A stretch of DNA of 64,000 nucleotides. It comes from Candidatus Beckwithbacteria bacterium GW2011_GWC1_49_16 (lineage in GTDB: Bacteria; Patescibacteriota; Microgenomatia; UBA1400; CG1-02-47-37). The notes below the pieces were generated by a model, which had not been told where the DNA came from, made no database searches, and saw nothing but the letters and a program-made list of their open reading frames with translations. How positions within the stretch are numbered: the first letter of the stretch is position 1; each line of letters begins with the position of its first letter. Below are positions 27,659 through 38,064 of this stretch, in pieces. The translations under genes and the position numbers were made by a program. The stretch covers positions 645,663 to 709,662 of the forward strand of contig CP011210.1 of the NCBI GenBank assembly GCA_001029675.1. Direction: 5' to 3'.

Positions 27659-29041
27659 ATGCGTAAGGCAATTATATCATTGGTGACTGTCTGGGCGGTG
27701 ATTGTTTTGGGGGTATTTTTGCGGGCGTTTAAGGCAGACGTTTATCCTGTAGATAACAACGATGACGGTTTGCATTACGCTTGGGCAGGAATAACTTTTT
27801 GGGATAGGCCGCTAGCGCCCATGACCCATTCAATTTTTGACGAAAATAACCCGGCTTTAATCTGGCGGTCGCAGTTTATGGATTATATTCCCATCGAGCG
27901 CTTTGGCATGAAGATCGTCAGGCCCTGGCTAGACCACCCGCCTTTGGGGGCGGCCATAATAGCTCTCCCGGCAAAGCTTTTGGGGTTTAAAGCTTTGGGG
28001 CCGATACCGCAAATGGTGGTGCGGTTCCCGGCTTTGGTTGCCAGTATTTTCACATTGTATTTGACTTACGCTTTGGCCCGGGATTTGTTTTCACAACGAG
28101 CGGCAAAGTTGGCAGTAACGTTTTTGGCCACGGTCCCCTATTTTGTGGTCGCCCACCGCCAGTCTTTTTTGGAGAACATATTAACGCCGGTGTTTTTGGC
28201 GGTCTTGATTTACTTACGGCGGTTTTTGCATAAAAAGGCTCAATTGATGCCGGTGGTGGCGCTGGCTTTTGTCAGCGGCTGGATTAAGGTGGTGGGGTTT
28301 GCCGTACCGCTGATGCTGGCCGTCTGGGCGGGATACAAAAAAAACTTCAAGGTGGCCATAAAACTTGCCGCGGTTGGCTTAGCGTCAGCGGCGTCTTACG
28401 CAATCTATGGTTTAGCGGTCGATAAACAGTTGTTTGTGAACACTTTGACTAATCAAAGTGTTCGAGGGGCGTTTGTGAGCTCGTTTTTAAACGCCGTTAC
28501 CACCATCGAGTTTTACGGACCGTTCCGCGACGGCTGGTATGTTTTGGGTTTTATCCTGATGCTGGCACTAATAGTTAAAAACAAAAGCGACCAAGAACGA
28601 TTTTACTCCTGGTTTGCCGCCGCCTGGCTGGTAGTGATTTTTTTGACCTCGGGAACACTGGCCAACTCGCCCTGGTACCGCTACCCTTTGATCCCGTTTA
28701 TGGCCATGGCGCTGGGGTTTTATGCCGACAGATTTTTAAAACAAAACAGTTTGTTTTTGGCGCTTCCCTTTTGGCTGTTAGGATTGACCGGCCTGGATTT
28801 GATCGGAGCCGACCTGCCTTCAAGCTGGCTGAGGTTGGCGACGGTTATCTTCTTTTCGGTTTATGGCTTAAATTTACTGGTTAAGAATAGGCTGGTCGGC
28901 AAACTGGCAAAATTAACCACCAGGGTGTTTTTGGCGGCTTTGGTTTTATTAAATATTTACGTCAATTTGCGGTTTGAAACCGTCTATTGCAGTCATGAGC
29001 GGTGTTTGGCGCCGACTAAAATCATTCTGGAAGCAAAATAA
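27659..29041 (+). CDS. ArnT/PMT-like GT-C glycosyltransferase.
   Basis: The first loop, DDGLHYAWAG…WLDHPPLG, fits the PMT_2 signature. It has multiple TM helices. Confidence 0.65.
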   Translation: MRKAIISLVTVWAVIVLGVFLRAFKADVYPVDNNDDGLHYAWAGITFWDRPLAPMTHSIFDENNPALIWRSQFMDYIPIERFGMKIVRPWLDHPPLGAAIIALPAKLLGFKALGPIPQMVVRFPALVASIFTLYLTYALARDLFSQRAAKLAVTFLATVPYFVVAHRQSFLENILTPVFLAVLIYLRRFLHKKAQLMPVVALAFVSGWIKVVGFAVPLMLAVWAGYKKNFKVAIKLAAVGLASAASYAIYGLAVDKQLFVNTLTNQSVRGAFVSSFLNAVTTIEFYGPFRDGWYVLGFILMLALIVKNKSDQERFYSWFAAAWLVVIFLTSGTLANSPWYRYPLIPFMAMALGFYADRFLKQNSLFLALPFWLLGLTGLDLIGADLPSSWLRLATVIFFSVYGLNLLVKNRLVGKLAKLTTRVFLAALVLLNIYVNLRFETVYCSHERCLAPTKIILEAK

Positions 29042-30578
29042 GCTCAAGCTGCCCCTGCTCTTGGGCTTGGCAGCAATATTGGCTTTGTCGTTTAAGATCG
29101 CCCAGGCACGAAGCCTGTCGCTTCACTTTGGCGACGAGGAAGACCATATTGCCTTTGCCTACTTCGTCAACCGGGGTTACCGGCTTCATCGGGATTTACA
29201 AAATAACCACCAGCCGCTGGTGTATTTTGCCTCGGCCGCGATCCAAAAGATAACCCAACCGGACAACATTTTTATGTTGATTCGACGCCACCGCCAGACG
29301 ATGTATGTCTACGGCGCTTTGTGGAGTGTAATTTTGGTGTGGCGGTTTAAAGGCCTGGGGCTGCTGTTTGTGACGTTTTTTGAATTTTTAAAGTACTTTT
29401 TGTTCGGCAACATCAACTTGATGGAAACCCAAGCGGTTTACCCGGCGGTGTATTTGTTTGCCGTCATGCTCGAGGTTTGGTTTAAACGAGTTCTGCCCAG
29501 GAAAAAAGAAGCGGTGTTTTTAGGACTTAATGCCTTTTTGGTGATTTTTAATATGGTACCTCTATGGCCGTGGCTTTTAATGGTTTATGGGCTGTTTTGG
29601 TTTAAGGCTAGAAAAAGCCTCAAGTGGCAGGCTTTGGGCCTAGGGCTTGGTATCTTAGTTTTGTTTGCCGGCAACTACTCGCCGATCGACTGGTTCAGGG
29701 AAACGGTGTGGAATAATTTCTTTTATGCCATTCCGGATTTGTCACCTTTTAAAAGCTCCCTGGACTGGGCCAAGATGGTGTTTTTTCCTTTTTTGGCCTT
29801 GGTCACTCCAGGCTCACTAATGGCCAAGTTTATCGCCATGTTTTTTTCCGGTTGGCTGGTAACTTGCGGCTACTTAGTTTACCGCAGAGACAAAATGGCC
29901 CTTGCCTGGGGTGGAACTTATTTGTTTTTAATGCTGGCTAACAACCGGGTGTTGTCACCGGGGGCGGTTTTTTACCACGGCTTTCACTTACTGCCCTGGC
30001 TGGGTTTGATGATTTTTTTGTTTGGCTTTGGCTTAAGGCTGGTGGTCACCGAGTATCCTAAGCTGAAGTTAGGGTTGGTGGCGGTGTTTGGCTTGTGGGG
30101 ATTTACTTTGATGACTTCCCGCGACATGCCTTATTTTTTACTAAACACCGACGTCAATTACGAGTATTACGTCAACTACTCGACCTTGGACGACGTCAAC
30201 TTTGCCATCAAAACCCTGACTGCCCCGGGAGACCGCTTGGCAGTAACGGCCAACGAACCACTCCTTTACTGGAACTCGGGAGCGGAATTACCCACCCGCC
30301 AAGTGGTTTATGGCGGCTGGGAGCCTAAAGTAAAAAGCTTGAGACAAGACTATAACCAAGTGTTTTATGGTGACGCCCCGCCGGAGATTATTTACGGCGG
30401 CGACGAACCCAAGCTTTTAAATGAAAATTATGCCAACATTAGCCGGTTTGGCAAAGCCACCGAGCTTTTTGTAAGGCGTGATAAGTTTGACAAAATAACC
30501 CAAGACCAATGGCAGGCGCTATCAACCAGGGGCTTTCATGCTCCGGGTGACAAAGACTACGGTAAAAAGACGCGGTAA
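28974..30578 (+). CDS. Polytopic membrane protein, putative GT-C.
   Basis: It is 534 aa. It has an N-terminal TM segment followed by HFGDEEDHIAFAYF, and many further TM segments. It overlaps the upstream gene by 47 to 68 nt. Confidence 0.45.
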   Translation: MKPSIAVMSGVWRRLKSFWKQNKLKLPLLLGLAAILALSFKIAQARSLSLHFGDEEDHIAFAYFVNRGYRLHRDLQNNHQPLVYFASAAIQKITQPDNIFMLIRRHRQTMYVYGALWSVILVWRFKGLGLLFVTFFEFLKYFLFGNINLMETQAVYPAVYLFAVMLEVWFKRVLPRKKEAVFLGLNAFLVIFNMVPLWPWLLMVYGLFWFKARKSLKWQALGLGLGILVLFAGNYSPIDWFRETVWNNFFYAIPDLSPFKSSLDWAKMVFFPFLALVTPGSLMAKFIAMFFSGWLVTCGYLVYRRDKMALAWGGTYLFLMLANNRVLSPGAVFYHGFHLLPWLGLMIFLFGFGLRLVVTEYPKLKLGLVAVFGLWGFTLMTSRDMPYFLLNTDVNYEYYVNYSTLDDVNFAIKTLTAPGDRLAVTANEPLLYWNSGAELPTRQVVYGGWEPKVKSLRQDYNQVFYGDAPPEIIYGGDEPKLLNENYANISRFGKATELFVRRDKFDKITQDQWQALSTRGFHAPGDKDYGKKTR

Positions 30579-32164
30579 TTGCCGAAAGAGGCGGCGGTTT
30601 CTCCCTGATAGTTTAAATCTTGAGGTAAGATGACGGCGGCGGGCTTGCCCTGAGCGGAGTCGAAGGGATTGGCAACATCTTTTAAATCGTCGACGATAAC
30701 AAATTGGCCAAAAGCGTAGGCGTTAGTCAAACCTGCCGAATCGGGCTTGGTCCAGGAGGCTTGACTTTGAAAGGCCTGCGGGTCAAAGCCGGTATAAACT
30801 AAGGGGTATAAATAAGTCGAGTCGTGGATGCCGGTTAAATAGATATTGCCGTCAAGATTTTTTTGGTTGACAAACTTAAGTGATTCTTTTATGCCGACAG
30901 GAAGAAAGCCGGCAATTTTTTTGGGGTAGACGGTAATGTACTGATAGGCAAAGTAGCTGAAATTAACTACATAGAGTAGGCCGATAAGAAAAATTATTAA
31001 GCGGCGCTTTTTAAGGTAAGGGTAACTTGCGGCCACACCCAAGGCCGACAAGATTAAGATCAGCGGTAAAAGGTGGAAAGAGCGGGTGGCGTGGGGGGCG
31101 TCGATGGTAATGGCTGAAGGCAAAGGAGCCAGTAGCAGCCAAACTAGGAGGGTTACGAGTTGCGGGTTACGAGTGACACGCCTTAACAGCCAATAAAGCC
31201 CAATGACAGCAAAGACTATTTCTAAGGGGTAGAAGTAACCCATGCCGGGAATTTGATGCCAGGGGTGATTGCCGCCCTGGGTGAGTAAAAATTTAGGGCT
31301 GAAGGTAGCAAGATAGTTATCCCCCACCCGGCGGGCAAAAAAGACATATTTATTCCACCAAGTGCGTGCCAGGAACTGATTTTGGTCAAAAACTTCAGTC
31401 CTGGTGCGAGAGTAATAGTCGATGGTAGCCGGGTCGGAGAAAATGGTGATGCTGGATTTTTGAGCCGAGACCGACCACAGAGAACCGACTATCAGAGCGG
31501 TGGCGGAAAGAAAAACAGCCAGAAAAACCAATCGCTGCCGATCAAGCTGGCGGCGATTGACAAAGAAATAGACGGCTAAAAAAACAGGGATAAAAATCAG
31601 GCTGGACGAGTAAGTTAACAAAGCCAGTAAAAATAACCCCAAGCCGGAGGCAAAGTAGCCGATGTTTTTGAAGCCGCGCAGAGTAAAAAATAGCCCAACC
31701 AAGAAAAAAGCTAAGGCCAAGTTGGCCTCAAAAGCGATCCGAGAATAAAAAATAGCCCAGGGGTTGAGGGCGAACAGCAGGGCTGCTAGAACACCCCCGG
31801 AGTGGTGTTGCGCCTGCGGCACACTCCGGGAGTGAAATAATTCGCGGACAAGGTAGTAGACGGTGATGACCGATACCACGCCGGCCAGTGCCGACCAAAA
31901 ACGGATAGAAAAGTCGTTTAAGCCAAAGAGACTCACCGGAATGGTGGCGGCATAAATATACAGGGGCATTTTGTAGTCGCCGATGGACTGAAAAGCCAGG
32001 GGTAATCTTTGGCCGTGCTCGTCGCGGCCGGTTTGAATCAGTGAATAAGCGTTGTAGCCTATCCCGGCCTCGTCACGGTTTAGGGCCGGCGGCAGGCCGG
32101 ACAGCCCCACAAAACGGCTGAAAAAAGCTAAAAAGACAATCAGATAAAAAAGTTTTGACTTCAT
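30557..32164 (-). CDS. ArnT/PMT-like GT-C glycosyltransferase (GT39/83-type).
   Basis: It has RDEAGIGYNAYSL…GDYKMPLYIY (PMT_2). It also has the ELFHSRS loop shared with its paralogs. Confidence 0.7.
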   Translation of the reverse strand: MKSKLFYLIVFLAFFSRFVGLSGLPPALNRDEAGIGYNAYSLIQTGRDEHGQRLPLAFQSIGDYKMPLYIYAATIPVSLFGLNDFSIRFWSALAGVVSVITVYYLVRELFHSRSVPQAQHHSGGVLAALLFALNPWAIFYSRIAFEANLALAFFLVGLFFTLRGFKNIGYFASGLGLFLLALLTYSSSLIFIPVFLAVYFFVNRRQLDRQRLVFLAVFLSATALIVGSLWSVSAQKSSITIFSDPATIDYYSRTRTEVFDQNQFLARTWWNKYVFFARRVGDNYLATFSPKFLLTQGGNHPWHQIPGMGYFYPLEIVFAVIGLYWLLRRVTRNPQLVTLLVWLLLAPLPSAITIDAPHATRSFHLLPLILILSALGVAASYPYLKKRRLIIFLIGLLYVVNFSYFAYQYITVYPKKIAGFLPVGIKESLKFVNQKNLDGNIYLTGIHDSTYLYPLVYTGFDPQAFQSQASWTKPDSAGLTNAYAFGQFVIVDDLKDVANPFDSAQGKPAAVILPQDLNYQGETAASFGNYRVFLP

Positions 32165-33741
32165 TTGGCAGTTTTAACCACTAGAAGTAAAGTGCCGGGA
32201 ATGTCGCTGGCTTTGGTAGTAATGTCTTCCTTCCAGTCGGCAGGTACCACGCAGAGGGAGTTTTCCGGACAGACGGCGCCGGCAAGCGAAAACTGGTAAG
32301 AATCATACTCGAGTAAATACTGGTTGTCTGTCGCCTGGAGTTTTGTTGCGGGGACGTCTTGGTAAAAAGCAAAGTAGAGGCCGGGCTGAAACCATTGGGC
32401 GGTGACGTAGGTTTTTTGCTCTGGGGGGCGGTCTTTAAAGTAAAGGGCGGCTTGTTTGTAGGGATTAAGCCAGGCAAGCTGGGAGCGAGCCGGGTAATGG
32501 ATAAAATAGTCGTGGGCGTAGGCTAAAAAGTTGACGGCTAAAACAACGACAATAGCGGCGGAAGCCAGACGCCTGGAGTTTTTCTTGAATAGGATAATCA
32601 GCTCTTCCGTGCCTAAAGCGGTCAACCAGGCAAGGGGGACGATCAGGTAGATACTTCTTCCGGCGTGGGGGACTTCGTTGACCAGGGAGGCGACGGCAGG
32701 AGACAAGGCTGCCCAGACCAGAATCAGCCAGGCTTCAGGGCGCAAGTTGCCGACCAGAGCCAGCAGGCCAAAAATTACCAGCACTCCTTGGGCGAGTAAA
32801 AGCTCCCCGCCGAAACCCGAGTGGTGACGGAGGTTAGCGTCGCCGGAGATAAACAAAAAATCGGGGCTAAAGTGGGTCGAGTAGTTGGTAAGATATTCCC
32901 TGACTTTAAAAACATAGCGGTGGTTTACCAACCTGCTTAGCAGGTCTGGATTTTCGCCTTGGGCGCGGGCGGCGGCGGTAATGTGCGTGGTGGAAGTAAC
33001 CAAGTTATCGTTTGACAAACGGTAGCGCTGGCTTAGGGAATAGTCGGGCGATTTAAGCAAAATGAGGCTGGAGAGGATAATCACGCCTAAGCCGGCGGTA
33101 AAAGCCGGTAAGCTGGGCCGAAGATTCTTTTTGTGATAGATGATAAAGGCGGCGATAAACAACGCCGGGCCGACGAGGCGGAGGCTAATGTAGGTAAAAA
33201 TGCCCGCCGATACGGCGAGCGAAGACAAAACCAGCTTGAAGGGATGACGGGTCTTAGCCGCGGCCACTACTAAGTAAACCGCCAGGGTTAAAAAAGTCAA
33301 CGACAGGTGAGATTCCATGCCGACGCGGCCAAAGTGGGCCGCCCAAGGCATGATCAGAAAATTGGCCAAAGCCAATTGAGGCAGGCGGGAGTTTTTTGCC
33401 GACACCAGTTTGACCAGACGGTAAACAAGATAGGCGGTGGTCAGTGATGCCAAAAGCGACGGCAGGCGGACGGTTAACTCGGAGACACCAGCCAGTTTAC
33501 CTAAGATGGTGGTGAGCCAAATATAGACCGGGGCCTTATAGTCGCCGTATGAGAAAAACAGGGGCTGGAGCCAAGAACCACCGCTCAAGTCCCGGCCGGT
33601 TTGAATCAAAGCTCTGGCGTCAAGGCCAACGGCTACCTCGTCCCAGTAGAGGCTGGCAGGCACTTGAGAAAACCGCCACAGGCGAAAAAGCAGGCCTAAA
33701 AGGATGAGCCAAATCATAAATGTGCTAGTATAGCTTAACAT
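32161..33741 (-). CDS. ArnT/PMT-like GT-C glycosyltransferase. The start is taken as the internal ATG at 33741, not the ORF-track ATG at 33915.
   Basis: It has LYWDEVAVGLDARAL…GDYKAPVYIW. The track's N-terminal 58 aa are antisense to the convincing N-terminus of the divergent gene 33740..35233. Confidence 0.6.
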   Translation of the reverse strand: MLSYTSTFMIWLILLGLLFRLWRFSQVPASLYWDEVAVGLDARALIQTGRDLSGGSWLQPLFFSYGDYKAPVYIWLTTILGKLAGVSELTVRLPSLLASLTTAYLVYRLVKLVSAKNSRLPQLALANFLIMPWAAHFGRVGMESHLSLTFLTLAVYLVVAAAKTRHPFKLVLSSLAVSAGIFTYISLRLVGPALFIAAFIIYHKKNLRPSLPAFTAGLGVIILSSLILLKSPDYSLSQRYRLSNDNLVTSTTHITAAARAQGENPDLLSRLVNHRYVFKVREYLTNYSTHFSPDFLFISGDANLRHHSGFGGELLLAQGVLVIFGLLALVGNLRPEAWLILVWAALSPAVASLVNEVPHAGRSIYLIVPLAWLTALGTEELIILFKKNSRRLASAAIVVVLAVNFLAYAHDYFIHYPARSQLAWLNPYKQAALYFKDRPPEQKTYVTAQWFQPGLYFAFYQDVPATKLQATDNQYLLEYDSYQFSLAGAVCPENSLCVVPADWKEDITTKASDIPGTLLLVVKTAK

Positions 33742-35233
33742 GAAAAGGGAAGGTTGGTTACTGACGGGGTTGTTAGTTTTAGCCTTAGCAATCCGCTTGC
33801 CCCACCTTGTCGGCAACACCATTCCTTTTAGTTTTGACCACGGCCGCGACTCGCTGGCAGCTCTTAATATAGTCAAGAGCCACGATTTACGCTTTATCGG
33901 TCCCTGGACCAGCATCCCGGGATTATTTTTTGGACCTTTATGGTACTGGCTTTTGGCCGGAGCGTTTCTTTTTGGCGGCGGGCACCCTCTGGCCGGGGCG
34001 GGCTTGATGGTGGCTTTGGCTTTGGTGCAAGTTTGGTTGGCCCAAAAATTTTTGGGTGTTTACGAAGCAGCCATAATCGCTTTCGCCCCTTTGTGGCTGG
34101 TGGTGTCGACCGGTGCGGTCAATCCCTTTCCTATGACCTTGGTGGGATTAGTGGTGGTGATTTTAGTTAAAAACATCGTCAAAGCCGGCCACGCCAGCTT
34201 GAAGCAAATTTTTGCTTTGACTTTGACGGTGGGGTTGGGCTGGCATTTTTCTTCGGCCTTGTCGCTTTTCTATCTTGTTTCTCTGCCGGCAATTTTTATC
34301 TTCAGAAAAATTAAGCTGTCGCTCAAAAAAGTCGGCTGGGCTTTTGTGGGTTTTTTGCTACCGTTTGTCCCCCAAGGCTTATTTGAACTAAAACATAACT
34401 TTGCCGAAGTCCGGGCCGTGGTTGACTACTTTTCCCGAGGAGAATCGCAAAAAATAAACCTGGGCAAAATTAAACTGGTGACGGCTTCCTTTTTAAACGA
34501 GCTTAGGCTGGCGGTGCTACCCGACCAGAAGTTTTTTTACTGGCTGGGGTTGACGGTATTGATTGTTGGTTTGGTCCGGGCGATAAAAACGTCAAAAGGC
34601 ACAAGGCTCTGGCCGGAGTATTTAATCTTAACCTGTCTGCCTTTGGTAGGGTTTTGGTGGTTACACTACAACCCCTGGTATGTTTACGGCTTACTGCCGG
34701 TAGCGGTGGCAGCGGCGGGAGATATTTTGCGGCAACTACCCCGGGCCTTGGCGGTCGGGTATTTAGCCCTACTGGTAGCGTCTTCAGGGATAAGCCTTGC
34801 CGGTTACTTACGGGCGGAAAAAGCCAGGTTAGCCACCAACAAGGCTTTTTTGGCAGCCAAAATGGCGGCTGTCGACTACGTCTACCAGCAGGCCGAAGGC
34901 AAGCCGTTTAGCTCTTACCAATATTTGCCGGAAATTTATGACTACGCTTACCAATACCTTTATATCTTTAACGGATTTGGCGGGCGAAGCTTGCCGGTGG
35001 AATTTTCCTATCAGCCGGGCGAGATTACCTACGTGCCGGAAAAGCCCCAGCTTTTAAGTAAGTTGCCAGAAACTTCCGGAGCGGCCGAAAAGATATTCCT
35101 GATTATTGAAAAGCCGGAAAACATCCACCATTACCCTTTGTCAGCCTGGCTTGAGCGTTTGCCTATCGGCGAGGTGGTCTCCCGCCAGCGGCTAGGCCCC
35201 GAGCTTGAAGTGTGGGAAGCAACAAAACAATAA
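33740..35233 (+). CDS. Polytopic membrane protein, PMT_2-like GT-C glycosyltransferase.
   Basis: It has an N-terminal TM segment and then FSFDHGRDSLAAL…FIGPWTS…GPLWYWL. It is a paralog of 58382..59836. Confidence 0.55.
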   Translation: MKREGWLLTGLLVLALAIRLPHLVGNTIPFSFDHGRDSLAALNIVKSHDLRFIGPWTSIPGLFFGPLWYWLLAGAFLFGGGHPLAGAGLMVALALVQVWLAQKFLGVYEAAIIAFAPLWLVVSTGAVNPFPMTLVGLVVVILVKNIVKAGHASLKQIFALTLTVGLGWHFSSALSLFYLVSLPAIFIFRKIKLSLKKVGWAFVGFLLPFVPQGLFELKHNFAEVRAVVDYFSRGESQKINLGKIKLVTASFLNELRLAVLPDQKFFYWLGLTVLIVGLVRAIKTSKGTRLWPEYLILTCLPLVGFWWLHYNPWYVYGLLPVAVAAAGDILRQLPRALAVGYLALLVASSGISLAGYLRAEKARLATNKAFLAAKMAAVDYVYQQAEGKPFSSYQYLPEIYDYAYQYLYIFNGFGGRSLPVEFSYQPGEITYVPEKPQLLSKLPETSGAAEKIFLIIEKPENIHHYPLSAWLERLPIGEVVSRQRLGPELEVWEATKQ

Positions 35234-36341
35234 ACCAGAAAAGAAAAATAAACCAGATGATCAGCCCCAGCAGCCAGATAAGCTTAGAGGAAAAGACCGT
35301 CAGGCCGGAAGCGACGTTGGCGTAGTTTAAAAACAGGTAGGAGAAGACGGCTAAAAGATAAGTCTTGACTCCCGGCAAACGGTCGATAAGTTTGGTTAGA
35401 AACAAAAAGGGCCAGAGCCAAAAAAGGTACTGAATCCCCCAGCGGGGCAAAATCAGGTAAATAAAAAGCAGGTTGATAAAAACTTGCTGATAAAAGGGCG
35501 CTTTTATTTTCAGAAGCAGCCATTGACCGGCGGCAAACAAAACGGCAAAAAATGGCAGGCTAAATTGAGGAAAAAAATAAGTCAGGCCCCACTGGCCCGG
35601 CGGGCCGCCGGCTTTCAAAACTGCCGGCAAAACCACCCTGAAGCCGGAGCCAAAAACGTAGCGGGTGTAGGCAAAAACGTCGGCGAATAAAAAGAACCAG
35701 ATGATGGCGGTAAAGACAAGCAGTGGTTTTAACTTCAAACGGCGGGCAAAGACGGGCCACAAAAGAGCCGGCCAGGTTTTGACGCCGATGGAAACGGCAA
35801 AGCTTAAAGCTGACAAAACCAGCTTGCGGCTACTGGCCAAAACCAACAAGGCTGTCACCAAAACGTCGGTCTGACCGTGAAAGACGACGGTGGCGTAAGT
35901 AACAGGCGCGGTTAAGAATTGGAGCCGGCGGGCTCGGTCTTTGATTTTAAAAGCTAGATAGTAAAGGCCAACCAAAAGCAGCAGCTTTAAGTAAAAGGAA
36001 AAGGTCAAACCGGGAAAAACGGTTTCGATAAACCAGTTGATCGGGGCGTAGATAAAAATCATTACCGGGAAAAAAGGGTACTGGGAGTGGTCGGAATCGA
36101 TAAAGTAATAGTCGATTTTGTGTCTTAAGTGCCAACCGGTGCCGGAAAAAAGCATCACGTCGCCGACTTCGCGGCGTAAGACCGCTGCGGCTGCAACCTG
36201 GGTCAATATGGTTAAAACCAAGCAGGTTAAATAGATTTTGCGCCGGCGTAAATTTTTCTTGGCCCAGTCGGAGCAGAAGAAAAGAAAAAGAGCAGTAAAG
36301 AAGAAAAACTCAATTAGGAAAGTTAAAAAATAGTTATTCAC
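35163..36341 (-). CDS. Polytopic membrane protein, putative GT-C/DUF2029-like. It is a paralog of 41295..42497.
   Basis: It is 392 aa and very hydrophobic. No soluble-enzyme motifs were found. Confidence 0.45.
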   Translation of the reverse strand: MNNYFLTFLIEFFFFTALFLFFCSDWAKKNLRRRKIYLTCLVLTILTQVAAAAVLRREVGDVMLFSGTGWHLRHKIDYYFIDSDHSQYPFFPVMIFIYAPINWFIETVFPGLTFSFYLKLLLLVGLYYLAFKIKDRARRLQFLTAPVTYATVVFHGQTDVLVTALLVLASSRKLVLSALSFAVSIGVKTWPALLWPVFARRLKLKPLLVFTAIIWFFLFADVFAYTRYVFGSGFRVVLPAVLKAGGPPGQWGLTYFFPQFSLPFFAVLFAAGQWLLLKIKAPFYQQVFINLLFIYLILPRWGIQYLFWLWPFLFLTKLIDRLPGVKTYLLAVFSYLFLNYANVASGLTVFSSKLIWLLGLIIWFIFLFWFIVLLLPTLQARGLAAGGRPPRR

Positions 36342-38064
36342 TGGGAATTGCCATTAAGACAAAGGCCGGCTGACCGTCGTCAAAATAAATGGTGTCGATT
36401 TTCTTCAATACCCCCTTTGCCAACAAATCCTCCGGGTGGTGTTCCTCGGTACAAACATATAAAACATCCGCCTCGGGCACCCCCGCGCCTTCCGGCCAAG
36501 AGTCGGGGTTAGCCGGGCAGGTACCGCCCTCAAAGTAAAGATTGTCCAGTTTTCTAATGGTGGTGTAACCAAACTTATCTGGAGCAGTTAAGGCTTGGCT
36601 GGCTTGAGCCTGCCACCGGGCAGGGTCGTACTGGTTATAAAACAGAAAGTAAATATAAGCGGTGCCCCGGGCGTCGGTGATGATGGCTTTTTTATATAAA
36701 GGCATAAGTTTATCGACCCGTTCCACCAGTTGTTTGTAGCCGCCCTGCCACTCATAGGGTTGATGGACCGGCAGATGGATAAAATAAGCATCAAGATAAA
36801 AAATAAGGTTGTAAATTGCCGCTGCGGCCAGAGCGGCAAAAAAAGCCAAGCTGAAAAACCGAGGCTTAATTTTGGCTAAGAATTTAAGCGCTGCTGCCAC
36901 GCCCAAAGCCACGATAACCGCCATGGGAACGACCATTAATAGGGATCGAATGGCGCTGGGAGTCTCGAAAGTCAGAGCTGACGGCAAAGGGGCCAGGATC
37001 AACCAGCCTAAAAGCGGCCAAAATTTGTTTTTGACCGCCAAGTACAAGCCGACAAAGAAAAACGGCAGTGTCACCCACAGCCACTGGCCGACGTCGGGCG
37101 CACGATAACGCGGCCGGTTGGGGTCGCCGGAAAAGAAAAGAAAATCTAGGTCAAAATGGGAAGCGTAACGGCGAAAAGCGTCGAGGGAATATTCCACCGG
37201 CTTGTTATGAAACAACCTAATTAACCAGAGTGATTGGCCTTTTGACTCGGTAATCTTTTGTTCTATCCTAGCGGTAATGCCTGACTGGGGATGAAAAATG
37301 GTAATGCCTTTGGCTCGATTTAAGCTTGACGAGGAAAAGCTTAACCAAAGCCAGGGGAGAAAAACAATTAGTGCCGCCGCCAAAAGAGTTTTGGCTAAAG
37401 AAAGTTTTCTGCGGAAATAAGTCATCAAAAAAAACAACCAAAGGGGGACAAAGATTCTGGGGGCGTGGTAGGAAAAAATGGCTAAAGTAAATGAGATAAA
37501 GCTCAACAGCAACCAAGAAAATTGTTTCCGGCCCGTGGAGCGAAAAAACAGCCAACTACCCAAAGTCACCCAAAACAATCCCAGATTGGCTTCAAAAGCC
37601 GCCCGGGAAAAATGGATGTGCCAAGGAGAGATGGCCAAAACTCCTGCTGCCAGCAAGGATACGAGTTTCGAGTTTCGGGTGACAAGATTATTAGGCGCAA
37701 CACCACTCCGGGAGTGAAATAGTTCTTTGGTCAAAAAATAAACCAACAGAACGGTTAGCGAGCCAAAAAGGGCTGAAGGGAATCTGACGGCAAACTCGGT
37801 CAGGCCGAAGATTAAAACCGAAGGTAAAGTCAAATAAAAATAAACCGGCATTTTGCCATCGCCAAAGGAACGGAAAATAATCGGCCAGCTTTGGCCAAAT
37901 TCATCCTTGGCGGTTTTAATCAAAGAATAGGCGTTGTAGCCAAAGTCGGCTTCGTCGTTGACAAAACCCGAGGGCACTTGGCCGAGTTTATAAAAACGCA
38001 GCCAGGCGCCGATGATAATAATTAGGCTAAGCCAAAACCGGGAAGATTTTAAAAATACCCTCAT
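36334..38064 (-). CDS. ArnT/PMT-like GT-C glycosyltransferase.
   Basis: It has VNDEADFGYNAYSL…GDGKMPVYFY and the ELFHSRSGVAPNNLVTRNSKLV loop. Confidence 0.7.
   Translation of the reverse strand: MRVFLKSSRFWLSLIIIIGAWLRFYKLGQVPSGFVNDEADFGYNAYSLIKTAKDEFGQSWPIIFRSFGDGKMPVYFYLTLPSVLIFGLTEFAVRFPSALFGSLTVLLVYFLTKELFHSRSGVAPNNLVTRNSKLVSLLAAGVLAISPWHIHFSRAAFEANLGLFWVTLGSWLFFRSTGRKQFSWLLLSFISFTLAIFSYHAPRIFVPLWLFFLMTYFRRKLSLAKTLLAAALIVFLPWLWLSFSSSSLNRAKGITIFHPQSGITARIEQKITESKGQSLWLIRLFHNKPVEYSLDAFRRYASHFDLDFLFFSGDPNRPRYRAPDVGQWLWVTLPFFFVGLYLAVKNKFWPLLGWLILAPLPSALTFETPSAIRSLLMVVPMAVIVALGVAAALKFLAKIKPRFFSLAFFAALAAAAIYNLIFYLDAYFIHLPVHQPYEWQGGYKQLVERVDKLMPLYKKAIITDARGTAYIYFLFYNQYDPARWQAQASQALTAPDKFGYTTIRKLDNLYFEGGTCPANPDSWPEGAGVPEADVLYVCTEEHHPEDLLAKGVLKKIDTIYFDDGQPAFVLMAIPSE

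Noticed and set aside
28974-29041. Possible frameshifted single gene spanning 27659..30578.
   Set aside because: The upstream protein is already a full-length PMT-like protein (460 aa). The downstream ORF begins with its own N-terminal TM helix (KLKLPLLLGLAAILALSF). It is more likely two genes with a 47-68 nt overlap.
32161-33915. The long 584-aa form of the GT39-like ORF starting at 33915.
   Set aside because: Its first 58 aa are non-hydrophobic and are encoded antisense to the well-supported N-terminus of the divergent gene at 33740. An internal ATG (33741) yields a typical GT-C N-terminal TM helix.
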